From contig DATHHW010000137.1 in NCBI GenBank assembly GCA_035317005.1, positions 384-64,383 of the forward strand: a stretch of 64,000 bases of DNA. The letters are read 5' to 3'. The position numbers and the translations under genes are program-made. The notes under the pieces were generated by a model. The model was not told the DNA's origin. It made no database searches and saw only the letters and a list, made by a program, of their open reading frames with translations. The stretch comes from Pyrinomonadaceae bacterium. GTDB taxonomy: Bacteria > Acidobacteriota > Blastocatellia > Pyrinomonadales > Pyrinomonadaceae. This document shows, piece by piece, positions 9,518-19,400 of the stretch. Numbering within the stretch: position 1 is the first letter of the stretch; every line of letters begins with the position of its first letter.

Positions 9518-10453
9518 CTAGAACAAACTCCCCTGCGGCGATTCATCGTCCGCCTCGACTGATTCGCTCAGACGTGGATAACTCTCAATTAACTTTGCGG
9601 GTCCCGGCATTTTTTTCTCTTCCAGCAGCGCCAGCACCTCGAAGGCATTCGCCAGACTCTGCCCACGCGCGTGGTTGTTGGTGATCACAAAAGTCTGTTG
9701 CGCTTTGTCAGCGACCTGTTTGATACGCTCGACCCACGGCTCTAACTCGTCGCGCGAATACAGATAGTCATAGCGCTCGACGACGTTCGCCTCTTCACGA
9801 AACCAGTTCTGATAGTTCCGCCCGTGCAAACGAATGTAGCCGATTGGCGAAGTCACTTCCGCCGACGGTTTGATCGAGTTGGCAAACACCGGCTGATCGA
9901 TGTCGCACAAACCCACTCCGAGATCTTCGAGAGTCTGCAGGATCCTCGCGTTGTTCCATGATTCATGCCGCAACTCGACGACCAGCGGATAGTCTTTGAA
10001 GCGTTCGCAGAGTTGATTGAGGTAGGTGCGCTCTTCGCGATCGTTCTTGAATGACCAGGGGAATTGGATTAGAAGCGCGCCGAGCTTCTCCGCCTCCATC
10101 AGGGGACTGAGCCCCTCGCGAAAAGCCCCTTCGTCTTTGCTGGTTAGCTTGTCACGCTTGTGCGTAAAGACCTTGTGGAGCTTCGCCGTGAAAATGAAAT
10201 TGGGGTTGTGCGCAACGCGTTTCAGCCACGATCTGGCCGTGTCAGGTGTGGGCGGATAGTAGAAGCTGCTGTTGATCTCGGCAGTGTCAAAGTATTTCGA
10301 TACCAGCGCCAGCGTGTCGAACTTCGTGCCGGCGCCTTCGGGATACACCCGCCCTCGCCAGTCGGCGTACGACCAACCGGCAGGACCAATGCGAATATCT
10401 CGGAGAGCGCGCACGCTCGGATTTTGTTCGATAGAGTCTCGTTTGTCGAACAT
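9518..10453 (-). CDS. DUF72 (UPF0759) family protein
   Basis: IRIGPAGWSYADWRGRVYP ... YFDTAEINSSFY is the typical DUF72 N-terminal signature. Full-length 311-aa ORF. Confidence 0.8.
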   Translation of the reverse strand: MFDKRDSIEQNPSVRALRDIRIGPAGWSYADWRGRVYPEGAGTKFDTLALVSKYFDTAEINSSFYYPPTPDTARSWLKRVAHNPNFIFTAKLHKVFTHKRDKLTSKDEGAFREGLSPLMEAEKLGALLIQFPWSFKNDREERTYLNQLCERFKDYPLVVELRHESWNNARILQTLEDLGVGLCDIDQPVFANSIKPSAEVTSPIGYIRLHGRNYQNWFREEANVVERYDYLYSRDELEPWVERIKQVADKAQQTFVITNNHARGQSLANAFEVLALLEEKKMPGPAKLIESYPRLSESVEADDESPQGSLF

Positions 10454-10480
10454 TGTGAGAAGCAGATGGCATCCGGATCT

Positions 10481-10575
10481 GCCTTTGCGCCTTTCGGTTT
10501 TCCTTAGCGCCTTGGCGTGAAACTCTGAGGGCCGGTTTCACGCAAAGGCGCAAAGGCGAAACTAAAGGCGCGAAG
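10481..10575. repeat. Family E palindromic element (gcctttgcg / cgcaaaggc units)
   Basis: gcctttgcgcctttcg...ggcgtgaaac / gtttcacgcaaaggcgcaaaggcg. Related copies lie at 51245, 52921 and 59791. Confidence 0.75.
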
Positions 10576-10608
10576 AAGAGCGAACATCAAAACCATGGAC
10601 GCGCACGA

Positions 10609-11622
10609 TTACGCGACCGCAGACTTTGATGCGAGGAGAAAGTTGCGAAGGTTGTCCGCCACGGCATCAGGTTGGAGACCCGACGCCGCCAGCTTCCCCT
10701 TCTCATCAGAAAACTTTGCCGCCGAAGCCAGTTCCGAAGCGTCCAAACGCCAACTGCCTGCCGAGCTGTTTTCGATTTCATTGAGTTCATCGATGAGCCC
10801 ACTGAGATCGCAACGCCTGATTGCCGTCCGCACAATCGTCTCGGCCCAGGAGTAGTAAGGATAGTCGATGCGATAGGCCCAGCCCTGACCGAGCGGCGTC
10901 GCTATTAAGAAGATTTCACCTTTAGCGTTTTTGGAGATTGCAGTAAATGGCGCCCCGTGACGTGTCGGCTTGAAACCAGCGGGACTGAAGATCTCAGGCG
11001 CCAGAGTTACCAATGAAACTTTCGTTTCGTCGTCTTCGACAGCTCGCGAAGCGCCTTTCGCAAAGCTATCGAGCGCCGCCGCAATCCGATCCCATTCCTG
11101 GCGCCACAGCGATTCATATTCATTGGTGTGGCCCAGGACACGCGCGACATGCGGCAGCACCAATTCGTACGCGCGCGCATCATCGTTAACCGGTTCGCCG
11201 GCCAGTTGCCGCGCCAGAGGCGACCCGGCATCCTCATCGATTGGCGACTCCGAACCTTGTATGACGATGCTGGCGCGGACGCCGTCTTCGGTGCTCATCT
11301 CGGAAAAATCGCCGGCCTCCGCGGCCGAGATCAACTTGTCGTGCAACTCGAGCGCGGGTTCACCAGTCAGGACGGTCCAGACAGAAAGCACGCCGTCGGT
11401 ATCAAAATGATTATTCGTGACCAGATCGATTCCTCCGGTTAACTCTTCACGATTCGGCGCGGCCACCAGGTTCAGCGCAATCTCTGTCGACGTGTCCGCC
11501 TTAACTGACTTTGGCGTTCGATTCCCTCTCCAGTGAGAGAAATGGATCGCGTTGTCGACGGTGCCGTCTACTGAAAGCTTGGGCACGTCGGCGATGCTGT
11601 TACTGTAGTACTGGAATCTCAT
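10609..11622 (-). CDS. Conserved hypothetical protein
   Basis: Uninterrupted 337-aa ORF with normal composition. NNHFDTDGVLS faintly resembles a DHH-type metal site. No confident family. Confidence 0.6.
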   Translation of the reverse strand: MRFQYYSNSIADVPKLSVDGTVDNAIHFSHWRGNRTPKSVKADTSTEIALNLVAAPNREELTGGIDLVTNNHFDTDGVLSVWTVLTGEPALELHDKLISAAEAGDFSEMSTEDGVRASIVIQGSESPIDEDAGSPLARQLAGEPVNDDARAYELVLPHVARVLGHTNEYESLWRQEWDRIAAALDSFAKGASRAVEDDETKVSLVTLAPEIFSPAGFKPTRHGAPFTAISKNAKGEIFLIATPLGQGWAYRIDYPYYSWAETIVRTAIRRCDLSGLIDELNEIENSSAGSWRLDASELASAAKFSDEKGKLAASGLQPDAVADNLRNFLLASKSAVA

Positions 11623-11663
11623 GAAGGCTTAATCACGGCCGGGGGCATCGGGTGATAATTGAG

Positions 11664-11996
11664 TTATGCCGCAATCGGTCTGAGCTTGGCGTATTGATTC
11701 TTATTTGCCTGGGCCGCGTCCCAAAGATCCACGGCCTTCTGCAAATTCATCCAGATGTCGGGTGTTGTCTTGAACACACGCGACAAGCGGATCGCCATAT
11801 CCGCCGTCATTGACCGGCGCTCATGAATTAACTCGTTGACGAGGCGTGGTGAAACTCCAAGCCGATTTGCTAATTCTTTTCGCGTTAGCGAGGCGACCTG
11901 ATCGCTTCCATCCTCAGCCAGTTCCGCCAGCATGTTTCTGAAGATCGCGCCGGGATGAGTGGGACGCACTTTGCGCTGAATGCTTTGTTCTGCCAT
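11664..11996 (-). CDS. higA: HigA-family antitoxin (XRE-type HTH)
   Basis: HPGAIFRNMLAE...LANRLGVSPRLVNELIHERRSMTADMAIRLSRVF is the typical HigA HTH. ATG at 11996 is preferred over the TTG at 12011. It lies 11 nt downstream of higB. Confidence 0.85.
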   Translation of the reverse strand: MAEQSIQRKVRPTHPGAIFRNMLAELAEDGSDQVASLTRKELANRLGVSPRLVNELIHERRSMTADMAIRLSRVFKTTPDIWMNLQKAVDLWDAAQANKNQYAKLRPIAA

Positions 11997-12007
11997 ATCA
12001 ATCTCTC

Positions 12008-12286
12008 TCAATGATAGTCCTCAAAGTTTACCTCGCTTACGTCGCCGTCCGCAAAATGAAAGGTCAGCCGCCAGTTCTTATTGACCTTCACCGCCCACGT
12101 GCCGGCGCGATTTCCCTTTAGCTCGTGCAGACCGAAGTGTGGTAAAGCAATATCTTCCAGAGTAGCCGCCGCGTCGATCACGTCAAGCCGATCTCGAAGG
12201 CGACCGGATAGTTCTGGTGGAATTCCTCGCTTGCTATTAGTTTCGAAGAACTCACGCAAGCCCTTATGCTTGAATGAACTAATCAT
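12008..12286 (-). CDS. higB: HigB-like RelE/ParE-superfamily toxin (plasmid maintenance system killer family)
   Basis: 92 aa, FKHKGLREFFETNSKRGIP...LHELKGNRAGTWAVKVNKNWRLTF. Toxin-first order upstream of higA. Confidence 0.85.
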   Translation of the reverse strand: MISSFKHKGLREFFETNSKRGIPPELSGRLRDRLDVIDAAATLEDIALPHFGLHELKGNRAGTWAVKVNKNWRLTFHFADGDVSEVNFEDYH

Positions 12287-14370
12287 CTCCTGGCGTCACT
12301 GGCCAAAGTTGAAAGGGGCGGAATGCTGAGACCAAAGTTCCGCGGATTCTCACCAATAATCGCAGCGGCGAAAAAGCTCGGAACGTACCCGGCTTGATTA
12401 CGAAAGTCATTGTCCAACTTGTCCCGGTTCGCGTAAATCGTCCAGAAGTTTCTCTGGTAGTTCTCAGTCTCTCTAAGTTGTCTCAGGGTGTCCACGACCC
12501 ACGTCGGACCAGTATTGTAACTAAGTATCACCAGCGTCATGGTTCCCGAATCTTCACCGAGTTCAGCCATGCGATCGGCGATGTAGTGCGCGGCTGCCGG
12601 TGTCATTTTCTCGACATCGCACATGTCCTCGCGCGCCACGCCGTAGTTCCTGGCAGTATCCGGCAGGAACTGAAACAGCCCGGTAGCGCCTATCTGGTTT
12701 ACAAAGCAGGGTTTGTACTCTGACTCGATCATCGGCAGATAGATGCCCACGATGCTCGGAATTTTCCGGGCCGCAAACACCCGCGCGATCAAGGGGACAA
12801 ACGGCACCGCGCGCCCATACACCACATTCAAACTCTCGCCACCAGGTTTGTTGGAAGTGGTTCCTTCGCGCGCAGCGTAACGGTCAACGTGATTTTTGAT
12901 TGCCCGCAATGCTTCTTCGTTGAGTTTCACCGGACGGTCGCCCATCATCGCCGAGATGCGCTGCTCCTGCTCATCGACAAATTGGAGCTGCTCGGCCTCG
13001 CTCATCTGGGTGTAGAGCTTATTCGCAATAGCCGAGGCCGCCGGCGTCGTCACTACGATTTTTCTTTGCGGACTGAATCTTTGGTAAAGAAAAACTCCGC
13101 CCAGCACGATCAGGGCTACGAGACCAAGAGCCAACAGGCCATAGCGATGATAGCCATTTGATTTACCAGGCGGGAAAGCCGTTGAAATTGCCTGCTCGCG
13201 AGCGAGGGTCGCAGAGACCTCGCTACTGTTCACGACCCCGGCCTTGGGGATTGATTCGCGTATTAGACCGAGCACGACTCGCTCTTTCGATCTGTCAAAG
13301 GTATCGAGCTCCCGTCTCGCCGCGGTTAGATCCGCGAGTAGTTCCGCGGCAGTCTGATATCGTTCTGCTGTCTCTTTACGCAGAGTTTTGTTGACGATGG
13401 TCCAAAGCCGTTGCAGCTTCGGATCATCTGTCAGTTCAAGCGGCGCCAGTTCACGCTCGAGGATTGCCACCATCGTGTCCATCCGAGTTGCGCCGGCGAA
13501 CGGCGCGCGATAGGCCAGCATTTCATAAAGCACGACTCCCAAACTCCAGATGTCCGTGCGCTCGTCGACGGGCAGACCGCGGGCTTGCTCGGGCGACATA
13601 TAGCCGACCGTTCCCAGCACAATGCCAGTCTCCGTTTGCTGTCGGGTGATGGCCGGAAGGTCAGCCGGCGTCTGCTCTAAGAGTTTCGCAATGCCAAAGT
13701 CGAGCACCTTCACGATGCCGTCGCCGCGGCGCATGATATTCTCGGGCTTGATATCACGATGCACGATACCGGCTGCGTGCGCGGCAGAAATCGCGGAAGC
13801 AACCTGAGCGACAATGTCCAACACATCCTTGAGGGACAACTCGTCACGTGCAATCAACTCGCGGATTGTTTGGCCGTCGATGAATTCCGTGGCTATGAAG
13901 TGGACGCCGTCCAACTCTCCGACTTCATGAATCGTGAGTATGTTCGGATGATTCAAAGCTGAAGCGGCCCGCGCCTCTCTCTGAAAACGGCGTAGACGCG
14001 TGTCGTCAGAAACAAAGTAAGCCGGCAGGACTTTTAGCGCGACCAGCCGATCAAGTCGCGCGTCATGAGCCAGATAGACTTCGCCCATCCCACCACTTCC
14101 AAGGTGGTCGATGATTTTGTAGGGCCCGATCTCCTGTCCGATGTGGTTGATCGAATGGTCGCCCAGAATGACGCGCGCATCCTGCGCGATGGCCGGCTCC
14201 TCGATAAAATCCGCGGCGGCATCGTAAGCACTAACCAGTGAACTCGCCTCAGACTGCAACTCTGCGTCACCGGCGCACACCTGCTCCAGAAACACGGCGC
14301 GCTCCGCCGGACCGCGATCAAGCGCCGCCTGTAAAACTTCTTCGACTTGTTGCCAGCGTTCAGGAGTCAT
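12283..14370 (-). CDS. Ser/Thr protein kinase with one TM helix and an extracytoplasmic SLT lytic-transglycosylase domain
   Basis: Kinase motifs GSGGMGEVY, HRDIKPEN, DFG, SPEQ. TM segment YGLLALGLVALIVLGGVFLY. Ectodomain has IESEY, GATGLFQFLP and LSYNTGP SLT motifs. Start is moved to ATG 14370 (MTPERWQQVEEV) because 14371..14535 is repeat sequence. Confidence 0.85.
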   Translation of the reverse strand: MTPERWQQVEEVLQAALDRGPAERAVFLEQVCAGDAELQSEASSLVSAYDAAADFIEEPAIAQDARVILGDHSINHIGQEIGPYKIIDHLGSGGMGEVYLAHDARLDRLVALKVLPAYFVSDDTRLRRFQREARAASALNHPNILTIHEVGELDGVHFIATEFIDGQTIRELIARDELSLKDVLDIVAQVASAISAAHAAGIVHRDIKPENIMRRGDGIVKVLDFGIAKLLEQTPADLPAITRQQTETGIVLGTVGYMSPEQARGLPVDERTDIWSLGVVLYEMLAYRAPFAGATRMDTMVAILERELAPLELTDDPKLQRLWTIVNKTLRKETAERYQTAAELLADLTAARRELDTFDRSKERVVLGLIRESIPKAGVVNSSEVSATLAREQAISTAFPPGKSNGYHRYGLLALGLVALIVLGGVFLYQRFSPQRKIVVTTPAASAIANKLYTQMSEAEQLQFVDEQEQRISAMMGDRPVKLNEEALRAIKNHVDRYAAREGTTSNKPGGESLNVVYGRAVPFVPLIARVFAARKIPSIVGIYLPMIESEYKPCFVNQIGATGLFQFLPDTARNYGVAREDMCDVEKMTPAAAHYIADRMAELGEDSGTMTLVILSYNTGPTWVVDTLRQLRETENYQRNFWTIYANRDKLDNDFRNQAGYVPSFFAAAIIGENPRNFGLSIPPLSTLASDARR

Positions 14371-14412
14371 CAGAACATTGCCAATTGTTGATTGCCGATT
14401 GCCGATTGATCT

Positions 14413-14533
14413 GCGCTGGGAGCGCGGACGTCCGTCCGCATTGATCGCGAAGCGCGAAAACTTGTGCTTGTGAAAAGGAATAAAGAAAAACTTGTTTCGC
14501 ACGCGTTGCGGACGAGCCGTCCGCGCTCCCAGC
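14413..14533. repeat. Palindromic element between sigma and kinase genes
   Basis: gcgctgggagcgcggacgtccgtccgc ... gcggacgagccgtccgcgctcccagc, with an inner partial palindrome. A solitary related half lies at about 20630..20672. Confidence 0.75.
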
Positions 14534-14566
14534 ATGATCTAGCCTCTCTCCAAACCACATCGCTCT

Positions 14567-15160
14567 CTATCTATTCAGCCTTCGATACAACCAGGCCTTT
14601 GCTGCGCGCCAATCGCGGCGCACAGTCATCACCGAAATCTGTAACACCTCCGCGGTTTCTTCCAGTCCCAGACCACCAAAATAGCGCAGCTCTACTACCC
14701 GGCTCTTCCGCAAATCGATCTTCGCCAATCCATCCAGCGCTTCGTCCAGCTCCACCAGTTCCCGTGCGCGTTCCCTGGGCATTAGCTCGGCTTCGGCCAG
14801 CGAAACTCGCTGCACGTCGCCGCCGTGTTTAGCGCAATGCCGGCGTCGCGCGTGATCGATCAAGACGTGGCGCATGACCTGGGCGGTGACCGCGAAGAAG
14901 TGGGCGCGATTCTGCCATTTGATTTTCTTTTGTCCGGCGAGACGCAGATATGCTTCGTTGACCAGCGCGGTAGTCCCGAGCGTGTGGCCATTCCGCTCTC
15001 GCTGCACATAACGATGCGCGATGCGCCGCAACTCGTCATAGACCAAAGGGGTCAACTTGTTGAGCGCGGCTTTGTCGCCCTGCCGCCACTCAATCAGCAA
15101 TCCCGTTAAGTTGTCCGCCGCGACCATCATCGTGCCCATCTCTCTTAGTTTAGAGTTCAA
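14567..15160 (-). CDS. ECF-type RNA polymerase sigma factor (PF07638 / TIGR02999-like, kinase-associated type)
   Basis: [56 protein letters not shown] is the hallmark N-terminus of this ECF family. The exact start among several Met codons is uncertain. Confidence 0.85.
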   Translation of the reverse strand: [197 protein letters not shown]

Positions 15161-15441
15161 GCTTTAGCCTGCTCCTGGAAACAGCAACCTGAAGGTTGAA
15201 CTCTGAACTCAAGACTTACCACTACAGAGATTCTAGCATCATTGCCGCAGGCTCAACTTTCAGAGATCCTGAAACGGAAAAAGTATTTGTGCCGCAGAAA
15301 AACTTTTCCTTCCAATGAACATTCTCGCCGCGATTTCTCGCTTGCCCCTTTTAGACCATGAACACTTCCCTGATCTTTTCTCGCTGATCAAAGTGAGGAC
15401 CACTTGAGTGGCCCAAACTAAAACCAGGAAAGCTGAGGGAC

Positions 15442-16281
15442 ATGCTAATGAAAATCAAAAGAATCCTGCTCTTTTCACTGACTTTAATAATCTCTTCATC
15501 CACGGCTTCGCGTCTTTCCAGCGCGGTAACGACGCAGTCAGGTACGGTCTATCAGCAGATGACGCTGGCGCAACGCGCGGGCTTCGTGACCGAAAAGGCA
15601 CACGAAATTTCGCGAAAGATTTCCGGTAACGATTATGAATTTACGACGGCGTTTGAAATGGAGATTCAGAAAGCTGTCGATATGTATGCCCGGCGCATTG
15701 GAAACAACGCCGGCGACAGCCCGGGCAAGGGCGATGTTCGCATTGTCTTTGAGCGGGGTCAGACGGTCGCGCCCGTCTTGATCAAAACATTCAAGGCACA
15801 CAATGTCTCGCCGTTAATCGGACTCTACCTGCCGCTGGTTGAATCTGAATACGTCAACATTGACTCGCCAAACTCAGTGGGGGCGGTGGGGATGTTTCAG
15901 TTTGTGCCACAGACCGGCGAGCACTACGGCCTGAGCGCTGACGATTTACTCGACGTGGAGAAATCCGCCGACGCGGCCGCGCGCTATATCGGCGATGGTA
16001 TCAAACAGTTCGGCTCGGACCGCATGAAAGAGGCACTCGCCCTGCTGGCCTACAATCGCGGTGGCGGCAATGTCGAGCGCGATCTGGCGACGCTCGTTAA
16101 CGAACAGAACCGCGCGTGTAGTATCTGTGCGCTGACCGAGCAGCGCGATAAGCTGGACAAGACTTTTCGCAGTGAGAATGTCTACTACGTCCCGCGCTGG
16201 TTCGCCGCCGCGATCATCGGCGAGAACCCTCAGGCCTTTGGTCTGCAGACACGACCGCTGTCGTCATTCGAATCGAAGTAG
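15442..16281 (+). CDS. Secreted SLT-domain lytic transglycosylase, paralogous to the kinase ectodomain
   Basis: Signal peptide. VESEY, GAVGMFQFVPQTG, LAYNRGGG. Collinear with residues ~500-750 of 12283..14370, including YVPRWFAAAIIGENPQAFGL versus YVPSFFAAAIIGENPRNFGL. Confidence 0.85.
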   Translation: MLMKIKRILLFSLTLIISSSTASRLSSAVTTQSGTVYQQMTLAQRAGFVTEKAHEISRKISGNDYEFTTAFEMEIQKAVDMYARRIGNNAGDSPGKGDVRIVFERGQTVAPVLIKTFKAHNVSPLIGLYLPLVESEYVNIDSPNSVGAVGMFQFVPQTGEHYGLSADDLLDVEKSADAAARYIGDGIKQFGSDRMKEALALLAYNRGGGNVERDLATLVNEQNRACSICALTEQRDKLDKTFRSENVYYVPRWFAAAIIGENPQAFGLQTRPLSSFESK

Positions 16282-16288
16282 GTTGGAA

Positions 16289-16480
16289 TTCTCCCTTCTC
16301 TCTTTGGGAGAAGGGTTGGGGATGAGGGCTTGAAGAAGACTTGATGGATTTACTTCCCTGTCTTTTGTGAGAGGGGCGTTGAAGAGATCACCAAACTTTT
16401 TCGCCAGGGAAAAACGAAGTCGACGGAGAGGGTCCGCCTAAGTCCCTCTCCCCAACCCTCTCCCAAAGGGAGAGGGAGTA
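16289..16480. mobile_element. Family F MITE-like element (terminal inverted ccctctccc..gggagaggg arms)
   Basis: Left end ttctcccttctctctttgggagaagggttggggatgagggc. Right end gtccctctccccaaccctctcccaaagggagagggagtaag. Same family as 38905..39066 and 39799..39950. Confidence 0.8.
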
Positions 16481-16497
16481 AGACCGAGCGCCGTCAG

Positions 16498-19400
16498 TTA
16501 CTGATCCTTCCATTCCGGAATGCGGCCCGGCGTCCAGGGGGCGCCGGCAGCTTCCATCTGTTTTTCCAGCTTGGCCAGATCGCCTTCGATTAGTTGCCGC
16601 AGTTGATTAAGAGTAGTTTCAAATTCCTGCGCCGCTGCCGCGTACTGATCGATTTGCGTCTGGGTGGGACGGGACGTAGACGTACGCTGCGAGCCGGCAA
16701 CGCTACCGACTCGCTCAGCGATCGAAGGCGGCAGGTTCATGTTGCGTTGGCGTAAAGCCTGATCGCCTGTCAGCGCGCGCAGGATCTCGTTGGTGCGTTT
16801 GTCCAAAGCGGCTGCATCGCTCATCAGTTTTTCCGGCGCCGAAGGTGTTTCCAACAACGCCCGTCTGATCGCTACCAGACGCGGCTTGAGAGCATTGGCA
16901 GTCGCCACTGCTCCCTGCACCGCACGCTGCAGCCTGGCTACCTTTTGTTGAAATTCGACCAGATTCGCGCGATCGGCCGGTGACATGCGCTCCTGACCTT
17001 CCACGATCACCTGAAACTCCTGCGCCTGGCCCAGGGAGGTAATCACGCCGTCGACTCTCTTCGCCAGACTCACCTTGTAGGTGCCAGGCATGACCAGCGG
17101 ACCCGACGGACCTTCGTCGAAAGGATTCTCAGCCTCCGGATTCGGTGGCGGCGGCAGAGATGGGGCAGGTGAGCGCAAATCCCACGAGACGCGCTGCATG
17201 CCGGCGGTGACTGGCCCCGTCAAGCGACGGACCACGCGACCCGACGAATCGCTGATAGTGAGGATGACCGCCGGCGCTTCCTCTTCTTCTTCGGCGCGAA
17301 GATCCGCGGAGCTGGGGAGAGCCACGGCGGTGTTCTTCCGCTGCGCATCTCTTTCAGTTTCCTGCCGCTTCGATTTCTTGGTCTTCAGCTCTTCCTTCAA
17401 ATAGTAGGTGAACGTCGCGCCGAACGGTGGATTGTCCGCCGTGTAAAATGATTCGCCCTGAAAACTTTTGCCGCGCCCGCCGAGGGGCTGGGCCTGGATG
17501 TACATCAGCGCATCCTTGACCGGGAACAGCAGGCCGTCCTGTTTGAGCATTTCAGGTTTCAGCAAACGCAGCGGCGTGTAGCTATCCAGAATGTAAATGC
17601 CGCGACCGAACGTTCCCAGCACCAGATCGTTCTCGCGTTTCTGAATAGTCAGATCGCGCACCTGAATAGTCGGCAAGCCACCTCTCAGTTGAATCCATTT
17701 CTGACCGCCATCGATCGAGAAGTAGAGACCAAACTCGTTGCCGACAAAAAGCAGATTTGGGTTGACATGATCCTCGGCAATCGCCCAGACCGGACCATTC
17801 GGCGGCAGGTTGCTCTTAATCGAGGTCCACGTGCGCCCGGCATCCGTGCTTTTGAACAGATAAGGTTTGAAGTCCGCGTTCTGATGGTTTTCGATCGCGA
17901 CATAGACCGTGTTGACGTCGTGGTTGGAAGCCACAATGCGGCTCACGTAAGCGAGTTCAGGAACGTCGGGGAGCTTTTCGACTTTACGCCAGTTCTTGCC
18001 GCCATCCTCTGTGATTTGGAGCAAGCCATCATCCGTACCGATATAGATAAGCCCTTCCTTTTTAGGTGATTCAGCGAGCGCTGAGGCGTTGCCAAAGAAA
18101 GCCGTCGACTGGTTCTTGGCGACTGCATCCATGCTCCAAATCTTGCCCATGACCGGCAACTTGTCGCGATCCAGAGCGCGCGAAAGCTGTCCGCTAATGA
18201 CCTTCCAGCTATCGCCGCGATCGTCGCTGCGGAACAATTTGTCTGCGGCAAAATAAAGGCGCGTGTGCGAATGTGGACTGATGATGAAGGGCGAATCCCA
18301 GTTCCAGCGCAAAGGATCTTCGCTGCGGCCGACCTCTGGCTGAATGCCCATTCGTTCGCCCGTGACTTTATCAAAGCGCGCCAATGACCCGCCCTGTAGT
18401 TCCGCATAGATCGTGTTCGGATCTTCAGGATCGACCTGGCTGCGGAAACCGTCGCCGCCGTTGGTAACGAACCAATCACTGTTGAGGATGCCCGAAACAT
18501 TGCGTGTCCGCGATGGTCCGCCAAAGCTGAAGTTGTCCTGGGCGCCGCCATAAACATTATAGAAGGGCTTGGCGTTGTCGGTGGTGATGTCGTAGAACTG
18601 CGTGACCGGCAGATTGCGTTTGAATTCCCAATTCAAGCCGCGGTCGTGGCTCTCATAAACGCCGCCATCGCAACCGACCAGATAGTGATCGGTGTTGCTC
18701 GGCTGGATCCAGATATCGTGATTGTCGACGTGCTTCGATCTCTCACCGAGACGCCGCAGGGTCCGGCCGCCGTCGTCAGACACCATCAGAAAAACGTTCA
18801 TCACGTAAATTCGATCGACATCTTTCGGGTCGGCGACGATCCGCGCATAGTACATGGCGCCCGCATCGAACTCGTTGCGTCTTTCCCAACTACCGCCGCG
18901 ATCGTTCGAACGAAAGATGCCCCCCTTGCGATCCCCGGCTTCGATCGTCGCGTAAACAACGTTCGAGTCAACCGGTGAAACGGCCAAACCGATGCGGCCC
19001 ATCTCAGTCGTTGGTAGACCGGCCCTCACTTTGTTCCACGTCGCGCCGGCATCCGTCGACTTATAGATGGCGCTCTCTGGCCCACCGTCAATCAAGGTAA
19101 ACATGTGGCGACGGCGTTGATAAGAAGCGGCGTAGACTGTTTCCGGATTCTGCGGATCGATCACCACGTCGGTGACGCCCGTGTTCTCGCTGATGTTGAG
19201 AATGTTCTTCCAAGTCTTTCCGTTATCGGTCGTCTTGAAGAGCCCGCGATCTCCGCCCGGGCCCCACAGCGGTCCCTGCGCAGCCACGTAAACGATGTTT
19301 GAATCCTTGGGATCGATGGCGATGCGGCCGATGTGCTCGGACGTTTTCAGTCCGACATTCCTCCAAGTCTTGCCGCCGTCATCGGAGCGATAGAGGCCGT

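Noticed and set aside
14371-14535. 55-codon N-terminal extension of the kinase ORF (MLGARTARPQ...)
   Set aside because: The extension is a translation of the 14413..14533 palindromic repeat and a gccgattg repeat. MTPERWQQVEEV at 14370 is the usual N-terminus of kinases in this context.
15230-15256. Possible sigma-70-type promoter for the ECF sigma gene (TTGAGC-15 nt-TGCTAGAAT on the minus strand)
   Set aside because: The match is reasonable, but the spacer is short and the promoter consensus for this lineage is unknown to me. It is not reported as a feature.
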